Assembly (NCBI GenBank): GCA_046761065.1
Contig: JBHIFL010000002.1
Location: forward strand, 1-64,000
Direction: 5' to 3'
From: Candidatus Heimdallarchaeota archaeon
Lineage (GTDB): Archaea > Asgardarchaeota > Wukongarchaeia > Wukongarchaeales > JBHIFL01
DNA: 64,000 nt
A model generated the notes under the pieces. That model ran no database searches. It saw nothing but the letters and a program-made list of their open reading frames with translations, and had not been told where the DNA came from. Shown here one piece after another: positions 43,857-53,891 of the stretch; within the stretch, counting starts at the first letter, position 1; each line of letters opens with the position of its first letter. The translations under genes and the position numbers were made by a program.

Positions 43857-44409
43857 TTTTCTCCATCCTCCTCTTATATAAGAAGTTAGAAAGGACTACA
43901 AAAGCCTGGTTGATGTTCTCATCCTCTTTCGAAGAAATAGGAAGAAACCCGATTAGATTATGAGTTCTAGCAAAATTTTCAGCTTCTTCTAAATCTATAT
44001 ATGGCATCAATATGGATTTATCAGTATTCAATAAATCCGCTTTAAATCCTAGTAACAATAATGGTATATCACCTGCGTGTTTTCGTATCATTTTGATCCA
44101 ATTCGGGAGTGTTGCAAGAGTTAGAGGGCGAGTAAGATCAAAACAGACAAATCCGGCAGCTGTTCCTCGGCAGAATGATGGGAGGAGAAAACGAAACCGT
44201 TCTTCTCCCGCAAAATCCCAAATCTGGAATAAAAATAAAAATCCATCATATTGAAAAGTTTTCACTGCAAAGTTCGCCCCTATTGTGATATTATCCTCCT
44301 CAATGTATTCGCCAATGGTACATCGGGTTACGAAGGTGGTTTTTCCTACTCCACCTTCTCCCGCAACAATAAGTTTGAACTTTGATTTTGGTTTTAACAT
44401 ACATCGCAC
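43846..44409 (-). CDS. Ras-superfamily (Rab-like) small GTPase
   Basis: GEGGVGKT, TIGANF, WDFAGEERF, GFKADL, SSK; no C-terminal prenylation motif. Confidence 0.95.
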   Translation of the reverse strand: MRCMLKPKSKFKLIVAGEGGVGKTTFVTRCTIGEYIEEDNITIGANFAVKTFQYDGFLFLFQIWDFAGEERFRFLLPSFCRGTAAGFVCFDLTRPLTLATLPNWIKMIRKHAGDIPLLLLGFKADLLNTDKSILMPYIDLEEAENFARTHNLIGFLPISSKEDENINQAFVVLSNFLYKRRMEKIEL

Positions 44410-44642
44410 CTTTAATTAATAGCTCACCGTAGAACTACCTTTCTGTGAAATTTACCCTATAAAAACCTAAAGTAAATCTACCTACTTCATTTCAGAGAAG
44501 TTTCTGATTTAAACTGAACTCAAAACGCCTTATCTGTAGCCCAACGAAACATTTCACAAAATATCTTATAAAAAGCGACCTAACAAAAAGCTAAAAAATG
44601 GTCATGAAAATAAAAATAAAAGACAGTATAGGAAGAATTTTC

Positions 44643-44960
44643 ATGAGTCAAAGAGGAACTGCACGGATACGTCTAATGAGTATTCAACATAAGGCATTAG
44701 ATAAAATAGCTCAACAAATGAAAGAAATTGCCCAACGAACTGGAGTAAAAATTAGAGGACCGATTCCACTCCCTACAAAAAGACTCGTTGTGCCTGTTAG
44801 AAAAAGCCCTTGTGGAAATGGAACTGCTACTTGGGATAAATGGCAATTGCGTATTCATAAACGCCTTATAGACATTGATGCGGATGAGAGAACTTTGCGA
44901 CAAATTATGCAAATAAACGTGGATCCTCAAATTGTATACGTCGAAATTGAACTTCACTAA
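44643..44960 (+). CDS. rps10: 30S ribosomal protein S10 (uS10)
   Basis: [31 protein letters not shown]. Confidence 0.97.
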   Translation: MSQRGTARIRLMSIQHKALDKIAQQMKEIAQRTGVKIRGPIPLPTKRLVVPVRKSPCGNGTATWDKWQLRIHKRLIDIDADERTLRQIMQINVDPQIVYVEIELH

Positions 44961-45386
44961 TTTTTTAAAAATTTAAATGAATAAGACTTTCTATAAACTT
45001 AATCTGGATGTTTTTAATAAATTTTCAATACTAAACTAGCTCTAACATCACTTCTTCTAAAATCCGATCTTTTTACCCACATAAACCTGTAAAAATGTAT
45101 TATAAGTAAAATAAAGGAATTAGTATCTTTTAAACACAATAAGAGATCAAAAATTTAACATTTCTTACGAATCCCACTGATGTCCTAATCCAATATACAT
45201 TACTATATGATATGGTAAGATTTTTCAAATTAAAAACTTAAATTTAAAATTATAGAATCTTGAGGACGATGAGCCATTTTAATTAATATTCTTGAAAAAT
45301 TGAAATATTTGCCTTTTAATGTTCTAAATATCCTATATAAAATTATTTAAATCATATACAGCTGTTCGGTTGTGTAATTAGAATGA

Positions 45387-45956
45387 TTACCCAGTAAAGG
45401 CGATTACATCAATTTTGCAAATAATTCCTACTACCTTCGCTTCTTCCACAACTAGAACTGCAGGATGTCCTGAGGCAAGTAATTGATAAACCCCCTCTAC
45501 GTGCATATTCGATGGGACACTCGGAAAAGGATCCACCATGATTTCTCGAACTTTCTTTTTAAGAAATTCTACAGGATTTTCGAAGGAAACATGGAGGAGT
45601 AAGGCTCCTTCTTCTAGACTTCCTACTGATTTCCCATTTTCAAGCACAGGAATTTGAGAGAACCCAGTTTGCTGTAAGATTCTAATTACATCATGGACAG
45701 TTTGATCTGGTTTAACATAGATAACAGGTTTTTTCATAACGTCCCGTGCGATTATTTTCGGTGGGATTATAGATTCAAGAGCCGCAAGAACCTTTTTCAA
45801 TGTAGAAGCCCGAGGATCTACACTTCCTGATTCAATACGTGCAATCATTGACTGACTCATCCCGGCTTTCTTTGCAAGATCTGCTTGAGTCATCCTCGAT
45901 TTTCGTCTCAACTCCCGAATATCGTTCCCATTGGGGATCTTGAATCGCAAACTCAT
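45387..45956 (-). CDS. XRE-HTH plus CBS-pair transcriptional regulator
   Basis: TQADLAKKAGMSQSMIARIESGSVDPR, FSQIPV, CBS repeats. Confidence 0.92.
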   Translation of the reverse strand: MSLRFKIPNGNDIRELRRKSRMTQADLAKKAGMSQSMIARIESGSVDPRASTLKKVLAALESIIPPKIIARDVMKKPVIYVKPDQTVHDVIRILQQTGFSQIPVLENGKSVGSLEEGALLLHVSFENPVEFLKKKVREIMVDPFPSVPSNMHVEGVYQLLASGHPAVLVVEEAKVVGIICKIDVIAFTG

Positions 45957-46220
45957 CTCAGATCACCCGACTGAGCTATACTGTCCCATCAAAATACTCT
46001 GTTACCATTACATATCTACTCTTAATAAGGCCTTATAAGTCAATTCTATGGGTTTCCAATATTTCTAATGGGCGGACTATCGTTAAACTCGTCCTTCACA
46101 CAAAACTCTTTCATAATGATTTTGGAGATTAAACCCTTTAAAATTTGGAAAATGTAAAAAGATGGTTTTCTGTTTATGAAAAAGAATTACATCTTATTTA
46201 ATATAGTTAAGTTGTAAAAT

Positions 46221-46715
46221 TCAACTGGTAGAGGGAACAACAGAAATCTTGCTTAAGTTGATAGAGGGAGTAGTTTCAAGTGCACCTTCGATTAATTTGT
46301 ACTTTCTTATCATGCGAGATCCACGTTTCTCTAATATACCGCTCTTCACTAGGCGTGCAAGATAAGTACTGACTGTGCTAAGAGGGACATCACCAAAATA
46401 GTGTTGATAAAGTTCTTGAAGATCACGAGAACTAAACCAGAGGAGAGACACAGAATTTTTTATTAAAATCTTGATTTTTTCCATAACAGATAAGTCATCT
46501 AATCCTTCAACCAAAGAGGAATTATTATTTACTAAAAACTTGTTAGTTTGATCTTTTCTAGTTAATGAAATATTATTAGCATTAGGTCCTCCCAAAACAC
46601 CTATTAATACTTGAAGTATATCTGATAGAACTTGTTCTTGTGGCAAATCAATTGTAATGACTGTTCCATCTGGTTTTTTGATCGAAATTTTTAACAAGCT
46701 TGATGTTTTTGGCAA
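46221..46715 (-). CDS. winged-helix DNA-binding protein
   Basis: WFSSRDLQELY...LSTVSTYLARL...GILEKRGSR..RKY. Confidence 0.75.
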   Translation of the reverse strand: MPKTSSLLKISIKKPDGTVITIDLPQEQVLSDILQVLIGVLGGPNANNISLTRKDQTNKFLVNNNSSLVEGLDDLSVMEKIKILIKNSVSLLWFSSRDLQELYQHYFGDVPLSTVSTYLARLVKSGILEKRGSRMIRKYKLIEGALETTPSINLSKISVVPSTS

Positions 46716-47104
46716 AATAACCTCAACCGTTTGTCATTACTCCTCCAAAAATAAAATGTGTTATTTATTTAATTTATACAAAACTTATTTTAAAACTTTT
46801 CGCCAAATCTATATCTAGAGAACATCTCAAAAATAATGGGGTTGACTGTGTTTATACTTTTTTATTAAAGCTTTATAGAAAAGCAAACAAATATAGCGAC
46901 AATATATTGAATATCTAAAATGATTTCACATGTGATTATTTGAATACAAGAAATTAGTGAAATGTGAATACATTCTCTTGTTCTAAAATGAATAAACTGT
47001 TTAAATTTTTTGAGAGTTTAACATATTATTTCAATAATATGTAATTTAAACAACAAAAAAATAAGATTGGTCTTATTTTGCGATTTTTGGATTTTATTTC
47101 GCCG

Positions 47105-47143
47105 TTCACATATGTGATATTGACCCCTTCATTTCTACTGGAG
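47105..47143 (-). promoter_or_regulatory. ORB-like element joined to palindrome TCACATATGTGA (copy 1)
   Basis: reverse complement contains CTCCAGTAGAAATGAAGGGG, resembling the ORB consensus with G-string. Confidence 0.55.
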
Positions 47144-47387
47144 ATTTGGAAGAAATTATAACAGTTCTTATTTTTTAGAACAAAAGCTTTAGAAAATAAA
47201 TATTTAAAAATATAAGCAAGTATAAAGCGTTTTAAACAAATACTCCTTTAAAAAACCTGATTATACTCTAGATTTTTCTAAAACTACTTAATAGCATGTT
47301 TTAATAAAATAAAATCTTTATTTCTCAAACAATTAACAAAAAGACATAAATTCTTATTGTTTTTATAATGATAGGTTACTCATAATT

Positions 47388-47427
47388 TTCACATATGTGA
47401 ATACAGACCCTTCACTTTCTTGTGGAA
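47388..47427 (-). promoter_or_regulatory. ORB-like element joined to palindrome TTCACATATGTGAA (copy 2)
   Basis: imperfect direct repeat of 47105-47143; reverse complement contains TTCCACAAGAAAGTGAAGGG. Confidence 0.45.
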
Positions 47428-47829
47428 AATAGATCCCCTTTGAGTAAAAAGATGAATTGAAATAATATTTTTGTGAAAAATTAATTTTTTTTACTTGATT
47501 TTTTTTATTATGTATGGTTATATAAAGCTAAGTAACCGTTTCAAAGAAAAATGAAAATAGAAATTGACTAGCTTGAAATTACAAGTTGTAATCCTTTTTT
47601 ATTTGCATTATTTAACATTTAGAACTTAAAAACACAAATTATCATTTAAAAAACCCGATAAAACGCCATATATTATAATTTATGAGTGGTTTCGCCTTAA
47701 TATTTTCTTTAAACATGATCGAATAGTAGTGTGAATATAGACAGATATAACGACGATGTGCTATGACTTTATGAAGAGATTATCTATTAAATGAAAATGA
47801 TTTTAATTCTAGAAAATTTTCAGTTTTAG

Positions 47830-48165
47830 GTGAATGAAATCATGTCAGATATTTCTAAAGAAGATCTAATAACGTTATTAAAAAAAGAATACGTGAAAAA
47901 AGAAAAACCGAAACGCCGGTTTCCTAAAAAATTGATTGATCAAGAAAACTCATGTCAAATAACCAATGAAATAGATGAAATTGTTTTTTGTATTTTAAAA
48001 AAGCATGGACCCGTGACGCGATCAAAATTAGTTGAAATCACCGGCTTGCCACGTACAACTTTATATGATTCTTTAGTTCGTCTCATTCTTAAAAACCATG
48101 TTAGAAAATTTGATGAAGAGAGAAACCAACGAGGCCGCCCCAAAGTTTTCTATCGATTAGCATGA
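47830..48165 (+). CDS. winged-helix (TrmB-like HTH) protein
   Basis: GPVTRSKLVEITGLPRTTLYDSLVRL, RGRPKVFY. Confidence 0.8.
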   Translation: MNEIMSDISKEDLITLLKKEYVKKEKPKRRFPKKLIDQENSCQITNEIDEIVFCILKKHGPVTRSKLVEITGLPRTTLYDSLVRLILKNHVRKFDEERNQRGRPKVFYRLA

Positions 48166-48178
48166 TAAGGCGCTACAC

Positions 48179-48502
48179 ATGGTCTCAATAATTATTAAGT
48201 TTCAACGGTGTGGGAAAAAAAATTGTAAGTGTATTAAAGAAGGAAAATTACATGGCCCCTATTTTTGGGCTGTTAACTATCGAGGTTCTCAAAACGGTCG
48301 TGCAAAATATAAATGGATCTATCTTGGAAAAGCAATTGAAAAAACTATAGAAAAATTAGGAGTTGTTTTTCCTGAAATTGACATTAAGATAACTCGTGAA
48401 AAACTTCAATTAAAACTTAATAAACTTCAAGAAAAATATAAAAGTATTAATAAAGCAAATTTTCAACAAAAATCTTATTCCTTTTACAATAAATTAATTT
48501 AA
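48179..48502 (+). CDS. DUF6788-like small zinc-binding protein
   Basis: RCGKKNCKC..G.LHGPY...WIYLGK motif. Confidence 0.7.
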   Translation: MVSIIIKFQRCGKKNCKCIKEGKLHGPYFWAVNYRGSQNGRAKYKWIYLGKAIEKTIEKLGVVFPEIDIKITREKLQLKLNKLQEKYKSINKANFQQKSYSFYNKLI

Positions 48503-48619
48503 GAGGAGTGGTTAAAAACATATTTTCATTGGAACCCCTCTTAAATTTGTAATATGAGAGGAACTTATCCTAATTTTACACAAACCAGCACAAGGACGAG
48601 CATCACACACAAATAGGTA

Positions 48620-49480
48620 AACAGAAAAAATTAAACATTTTAAAATCCCCAAACAGGTATCTTCAGGACAAGATACATGTTCTTCAAGCAGCCAAAGACC
48701 CCCTTAACTTAAGATTGTCAACGAAAATGGATCTTCCACAGCGTTCCTCCAATTGAAAAGTCCTTTCTCCATTACAGGTCAGTTTTAGTTTTTGCTAGCC
48801 CATTTCGCTTGTTCAGCTGCACTAAGGGGCAGCTTTACTCTCTCAGTTCACTTCAATGTTTTCTACAAAATCGTAGCTCGTTTCTGCCAGCAGATAGCGG
48901 CTTACGATATGCGGTTGGGTTTTGAAAAGGCGCAGGAAAAGTGGGGTTTCATGGTAATTTCCTTGAATCAACACTGCATTTTATGGTAATTCTGTTTCAT
49001 AATTTACCAGTAGATGCAATTTATAGCCAAAAATTCACCTGTGAAAGCTATACCCCTTTCGGGCATTCTTATCTGTCTCTAGAATCGGGATTAAGGTCAA
49101 ATCAACCACCAAATACTCTCCAAGCACATAAACTTTGGCAAACCAATCGAAGGAGTTCTTGAAGATGGAATTAAGCAAGCGGTGTCGTAAAGCCTGAAAA
49201 CGATTGAGAGTCCGTAAACTAGGGATCTTCAAAAAGTCATATAACTTACGGAACAGAAGATTCTGAATTAATTTATAATGGAGGGCACTATCCAACTGAA
49301 AGTCAAGGAGGAATTTGAATACAAAGACATAGAATATCAAGTTCTGATTAAATAGAAAGTGTTCCGGTTTTCGAGGAGTGGATAATCCTGGATTAAGCGC
49401 AATTTAAATAGATGACAATCAAGGAGAGAATAACAGTGTTCATGCGACGCCAACGCGGTGCGGAATATATGGGGGATGAT
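48620..49480 (-). mobile_element. degraded DDE transposase (IS4/IS5-like) remnant
   Basis: fragments PSLRTLNRF, LVVDLTLI, DKNARKG, GYKLHLLV, RNAVEDPFS, with stops and frameshifts; ends approximate. Confidence 0.7.
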
Positions 49481-49589
49481 CACATTCCTAAAGGATCCAG
49501 CATGTTATTTTGATCAACTTCCTTAATTTAAATAAAAATCATTGGTTTTAGTATTTAAAAATTAGATTATATGATAATATTATATGCGT

Positions 49590-49702
49590 CCCCCCTTTAT
49601 TTCCAATGTACTATAATATATATTAGGTTAATTAAAAATCTTACCATATTATTATTTGATATAAATATTGAAGGAAAATACTTTACAGTGGAAAAAAAGG
49701 GG
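49590..49702. other. replication origin (oriC): inverted ORB pair flanking an AT-rich unwinding element
   Basis: TACATTGGAAATAAAGGGGGG on - (49590-49610) and TTACAGTGGAAAAAAAGGGG on + (49683-49702) around ~70 bp of AT-rich DNA, just upstream of cdc6. Confidence 0.85.
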
Positions 49703-49834
49703 ATACTTTTATTTTTTAACGAAAAAAAGATTTGTGATACTTGTATGTTACTAGAAACATAGACACGCTTTTAAAATTCTATAAGAAACGGTGGTACTAC
49801 CTTTCCAACAAAGAAAATTTTTGAGTGACAATCA

Positions 49835-51088
49835 ATGTTAGAAGAAGATCCACTTGAAACTGTATTCGAGTCCTTTCTTTCAACACCAAAAATATTTAAG
49901 AATAGAGATGCTCTACGTCCTACTTACATTCCAGATAAACTTCCTCATCGGGATAATCAAATCCGTCAATTAGGTCAGATTTTAGCAACAGTTCTTAAAA
50001 GTGGTATTCCTAGTAATATATTATTATATGGTAAGACAGGAACAGGAAAAACAGCTGTTTGTAAATATGTTTTACAACGATTAAAAATAAAAACATCTGA
50101 ACTTAATTTATCTCTTCAATTTTGTTATATGAATTGTCAAATTGTTGCTACAAATTATGGAGTTTTTAGAAACTTATGTGAATCTCTTGATCTTAGTGTT
50201 CCGCATACTGGTCTAGCTACAGCTACTATTTTTACCAAATTTCAAACCGCTCTTGATTTACACGACACACTATTTGTAATAATATTAGATGAAATCGATC
50301 GTCTTGTACGAAAAAATGGAGATGAAATGTTATATAACTTAACACGTATCAATACAGATCTTCAAAATGCTAAAATAAGTCTGATTGGAATAAGTAACGA
50401 CTTAAAATTCAAGGAATCACTTGATCCTCGAGTATTAAGTAGTCTATCAGAAGAAGAAATCGTCTTCCCTCCTTATAAAGCTCTAGAATTACAGGATATT
50501 TTAAATGAACGAGCAAAAACAGCCTTTTTTGACTCTACAATTGACCCATCAGTAATAAATTTATGTGCGGCTCTTGCAGCTCGTGAACATGGAGATGCCA
50601 GAAGAGCTTTAGATTTATTACGTGTAGCAGGAGAACTAGCTGAAAGAGAAGGTCAAATTCGAGTGACAGAGCCATTTGTAAGAAAAGCAAAAAATGTAAT
50701 TGAACGAAACACCGTATTAGAAGTTATAACAACACTTCCCTTGCAATCAAAACTTGTTCTTTATGCTATTTATCTTTTAGAACATTTTGATGTAAAACAA
50801 ATTGTTACAGGGGAAGTATATGAAATTTATTCCAATATTTGTAAAGAATTAAACGTAGATCCTTTAACACAACGTAGGATAAGTGATTTAATTAATGAAT
50901 TAGATATGTTAGGAATTGTTAATGCAAAAGTAGTTAATTTAGGACGTTATGGTCGAACTAAAAAGATTCGTTTAGCAATCCACTTGAGTCAACTCGCAAA
51001 TATGTTAGATGAAGATGTACAAATTTCTCAAATTCAAAACTCCATTTCAAAATTAACTCAAACACGACTAACGAATCTTCTTAAATAA
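49835..51088 (+). CDS. cdc6: Orc1/Cdc6 replication initiator
   Basis: YIPDKLPHR, GKTGTGKT, LDEID, GDARRALDLL, C-terminal winged helix (GRYGRT). Confidence 0.97.
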   Translation: MLEEDPLETVFESFLSTPKIFKNRDALRPTYIPDKLPHRDNQIRQLGQILATVLKSGIPSNILLYGKTGTGKTAVCKYVLQRLKIKTSELNLSLQFCYMNCQIVATNYGVFRNLCESLDLSVPHTGLATATIFTKFQTALDLHDTLFVIILDEIDRLVRKNGDEMLYNLTRINTDLQNAKISLIGISNDLKFKESLDPRVLSSLSEEEIVFPPYKALELQDILNERAKTAFFDSTIDPSVINLCAALAAREHGDARRALDLLRVAGELAEREGQIRVTEPFVRKAKNVIERNTVLEVITTLPLQSKLVLYAIYLLEHFDVKQIVTGEVYEIYSNICKELNVDPLTQRRISDLINELDMLGIVNAKVVNLGRYGRTKKIRLAIHLSQLANMLDEDVQISQIQNSISKLTQTRLTNLLK

Positions 51089-51310
51089 TATATTATAAAA
51101 AAAAAGTCAATATGAACAGTTAGAAGATTTTTAATGAATAAAAACCAAAAAATCACCCTATTTGAATTTTTTTCCAAATAAAAATCATCTAATTCTCTAT
51201 AAATAAGGGATCAGTATAGCTGCTATCGCGTTAGAAAAGTGGAATGAAAAAATCATTGATGTGAAAAAGGTATTAAGGAATATTAATGGAAATAATAAAT
51301 GTGAAGCGGA

Positions 51311-52876
51311 ATGGCACAGGACGATCCTTCCAAGTTGCAAAAAATCATTGAAACAGCCCTTCAGTATGGGTATCAGCTTTCACCTGGAGCTCTAACCATA
51401 TTAGCGACCAAAGAAAATTTTGATAATTTACTTCGAAAGGCAATTAAGAAAACGGATCAAGTTATAATAACGAAAGAAGTTCTTAATTTGATTAATAAGA
51501 CTTTAAAAGTCCCAAAGGAGAAAAATTTAAATCTTACAACAAGAAATATAACTCTACCAGAATCTTCATCTCCTCCTTTAAAATCTCAGATAATCCTAAA
51601 AAATTCTCCCCCTTTAAAAATTGAGTATTTTAAAGAGGCAGCTAAAGATATCTCCGCAGAGATAGAAATTGTGAATAGTTTTATTTCTACAAAAGGTGGG
51701 GAAGGAATTAAAGGCTTTTACCAATTATTTAAAAGCCGGTTTGATAAATTAAAAAAGCTAATTGAAAACCGCCCAGACTCTCATGGAACAATACCCATTT
51801 CATCAATAATAGACGTAAAAGAAAAGGAAACCATTAAAGTTGTTGGAATAATCAATAGAATTCATCGTACAAGGAAAGGAGGATTCTTTTTAAATCTAGA
51901 AGATAAAAGTGGGGAGGGACGATGTCTAATACCTTCAAATGTCCTAAAGAACGATGTTCTCTTTCTTGATACTATAATCCTTGTAACAGGATATGTTAAA
52001 GAACATCTTTTTATTGCAACAGAGATAGCGCAACCAGACATCCCAACAACATTTAAATCAGCATACGCGGACATCCCTCTTTTTGTCGCTTTGCTCTCTG
52101 ATCTTCATGTAGGGAGTAAAACATTCCTTAAAAACGATTTTTTGAATTTTCTTAAATTTCTTAAAGGCAAAACATTAGGATTTCCAAAAAATATTAACCG
52201 CCTAATCCCTTTAATTAAATATATTATCATTGCAGGTGATCTTGTCGATGGAGTTGGTGTCTATCCTAAGCAAGAGGAAGATCTTATAATTTCTGACATT
52301 CGCACTCAGTATGAGATGGTTGCTAAGCTTCTTTCAGACATTCCTGATCATATTGAAGTTATCTTGATTCCTGGTAATCACGATGCAACAAGGCAAGCCC
52401 TCCCACAACCTCCAATTGATAAGAACTTTGTAGACGCGTTTGATCACCTTTCTAATGTTCATTTTCTTGGGAATCCATCTTTTATTAAATTAAACGGGGT
52501 TAGATTTCTATTAAGCCACGGACGTCCTTTGGATGATACGATTCCATGTGTACCTGGGGCCAGTTTCCAAAATCAAAAAAAGGCATTAGTTAAATTACTG
52601 AAGGCTCGCCACTTAGGTCCAATATACGGTGCGAAAACGCCCTTTGCACCTGAGGCCACTGATTCTCTTGTTATTGAGAACATTCCTGACGTTTGGCATC
52701 TTGGTCATACCCATGTGAATGAATTTGTAAATTACAGAGGTGTGAAAATTATCAACTCAGGAACTTTTCAAACTCAAACAGATTGGCAGAGAGGTTTGAA
52801 TATCAACCCAACTCCCGGGATTGTTCCTTTCTTTAATTTGCAAACCCATGATATTATGCATTTGAGTTTCCTTTGA
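51311..52876 (+). CDS. polB: DNA polymerase D small subunit (DP1)
   Basis: SDLHVGS, AGDLVDG, PGNHD, HG, RHLGP, GHTH, NSGTFQ.QT. Confidence 0.95.
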   Translation: MAQDDPSKLQKIIETALQYGYQLSPGALTILATKENFDNLLRKAIKKTDQVIITKEVLNLINKTLKVPKEKNLNLTTRNITLPESSSPPLKSQIILKNSPPLKIEYFKEAAKDISAEIEIVNSFISTKGGEGIKGFYQLFKSRFDKLKKLIENRPDSHGTIPISSIIDVKEKETIKVVGIINRIHRTRKGGFFLNLEDKSGEGRCLIPSNVLKNDVLFLDTIILVTGYVKEHLFIATEIAQPDIPTTFKSAYADIPLFVALLSDLHVGSKTFLKNDFLNFLKFLKGKTLGFPKNINRLIPLIKYIIIAGDLVDGVGVYPKQEEDLIISDIRTQYEMVAKLLSDIPDHIEVILIPGNHDATRQALPQPPIDKNFVDAFDHLSNVHFLGNPSFIKLNGVRFLLSHGRPLDDTIPCVPGASFQNQKKALVKLLKARHLGPIYGAKTPFAPEATDSLVIENIPDVWHLGHTHVNEFVNYRGVKIINSGTFQTQTDWQRGLNINPTPGIVPFFNLQTHDIMHLSFL

Positions 52877-53102
52877 AATGGGCATACATTTAATCCTATT
52901 TTTAATTTAGAACCCACCTATAATAACGACTAGTGATTCGTGAACGTAATACGTTTTATCTTAAAATGGAGAAGAGCAAAAAAGCAGTTCTCTGAATCTT
53001 ACAAGTCAAAGAAATACTGGAGTATTGCTGTTGATAGTATCAACAGAAAAAAGGATCTATCAGTTCGCTTAAAAATCTGAAACTTAGCAATTAGGTGGTT
53101 AT

Positions 53103-53441
53103 GTGGCTTCGAAGGATGAATTGGCTCGGGCTGAAACCGAGCTTTATGAACTAATAATGCCAGGAAAGTTAATTGGAAAAGCAATTGTAGATGGTGCCGC
53201 TCGACTTGTTGGTATTGTGAGAAGTGTTAAGTTGAGCGTCCCGCCTGTTCGCGTGGATATCATTGCAAAAGGGATGGAAATTGAGTTCCCAATTAATACT
53301 ACTGACATTGTGGCTGTAGGTGGAATTGTTCAATTAAAAAATGTGATTAGTGAAGCGGAAGAAATTGCAATCGATGATATTATAAGATTACGTGAAGAGA
53401 TTAAAAGTGAAATTCATGCGTATTTAAAACAAGCCAGTTAA
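53103..53441 (+). CDS. PRC-barrel-like protein
   Basis: LIGKAIVD..ARLVGIV..V...I...DIVAVGGIVQLK pattern. Confidence 0.65.
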   Translation: MASKDELARAETELYELIMPGKLIGKAIVDGAARLVGIVRSVKLSVPPVRVDIIAKGMEIEFPINTTDIVAVGGIVQLKNVISEAEEIAIDDIIRLREEIKSEIHAYLKQAS

Positions 53442-53891
53442 AATTTTTATTATTATAGTTTGATTTTTTAGGTTATCAGTATCAGTTTATGAACAAATGT
53501 CTAGAGAGATGTCATTTTGTGTTTTAATAATATCTTAATTTATAGGAGGATTGTTTGTTATTAGTAGAAGTAAATGATGTTTGAATTGTTCCATCACAAG
53601 TGTCGGAGCTTCCTACATCACTTTACTTCACGCGTTCGAGGTCACGTTTGCTTTTCAATATCCAGACTATGGGCATAAAGTACGAATTTACAATCCAGAG
53701 AGACAGGAAGTTATAATTTTTTGGGATCTAAATTTAGTGCCACAAAATTCGTTCTATGTTAAAATAAAACCTGAACGCCAATGATCTGTGAAGGTGCTAA
53801 CTTGACAAGCGTTGTGAAAGGCAACCCATTACATGATGCTTCTCGTGGTCAGGAGGGAGAATAACTAATTAGATGGACACACAAATAGAAA

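Noticed and set aside
48496-48547. 11-bp inverted repeat AATTTAAGAGG/CCTCTTAAATT as an IS end or MITE
   Set aside because: No matching partner was found at the other end of the transposase remnant; more likely a terminator-like hairpin.
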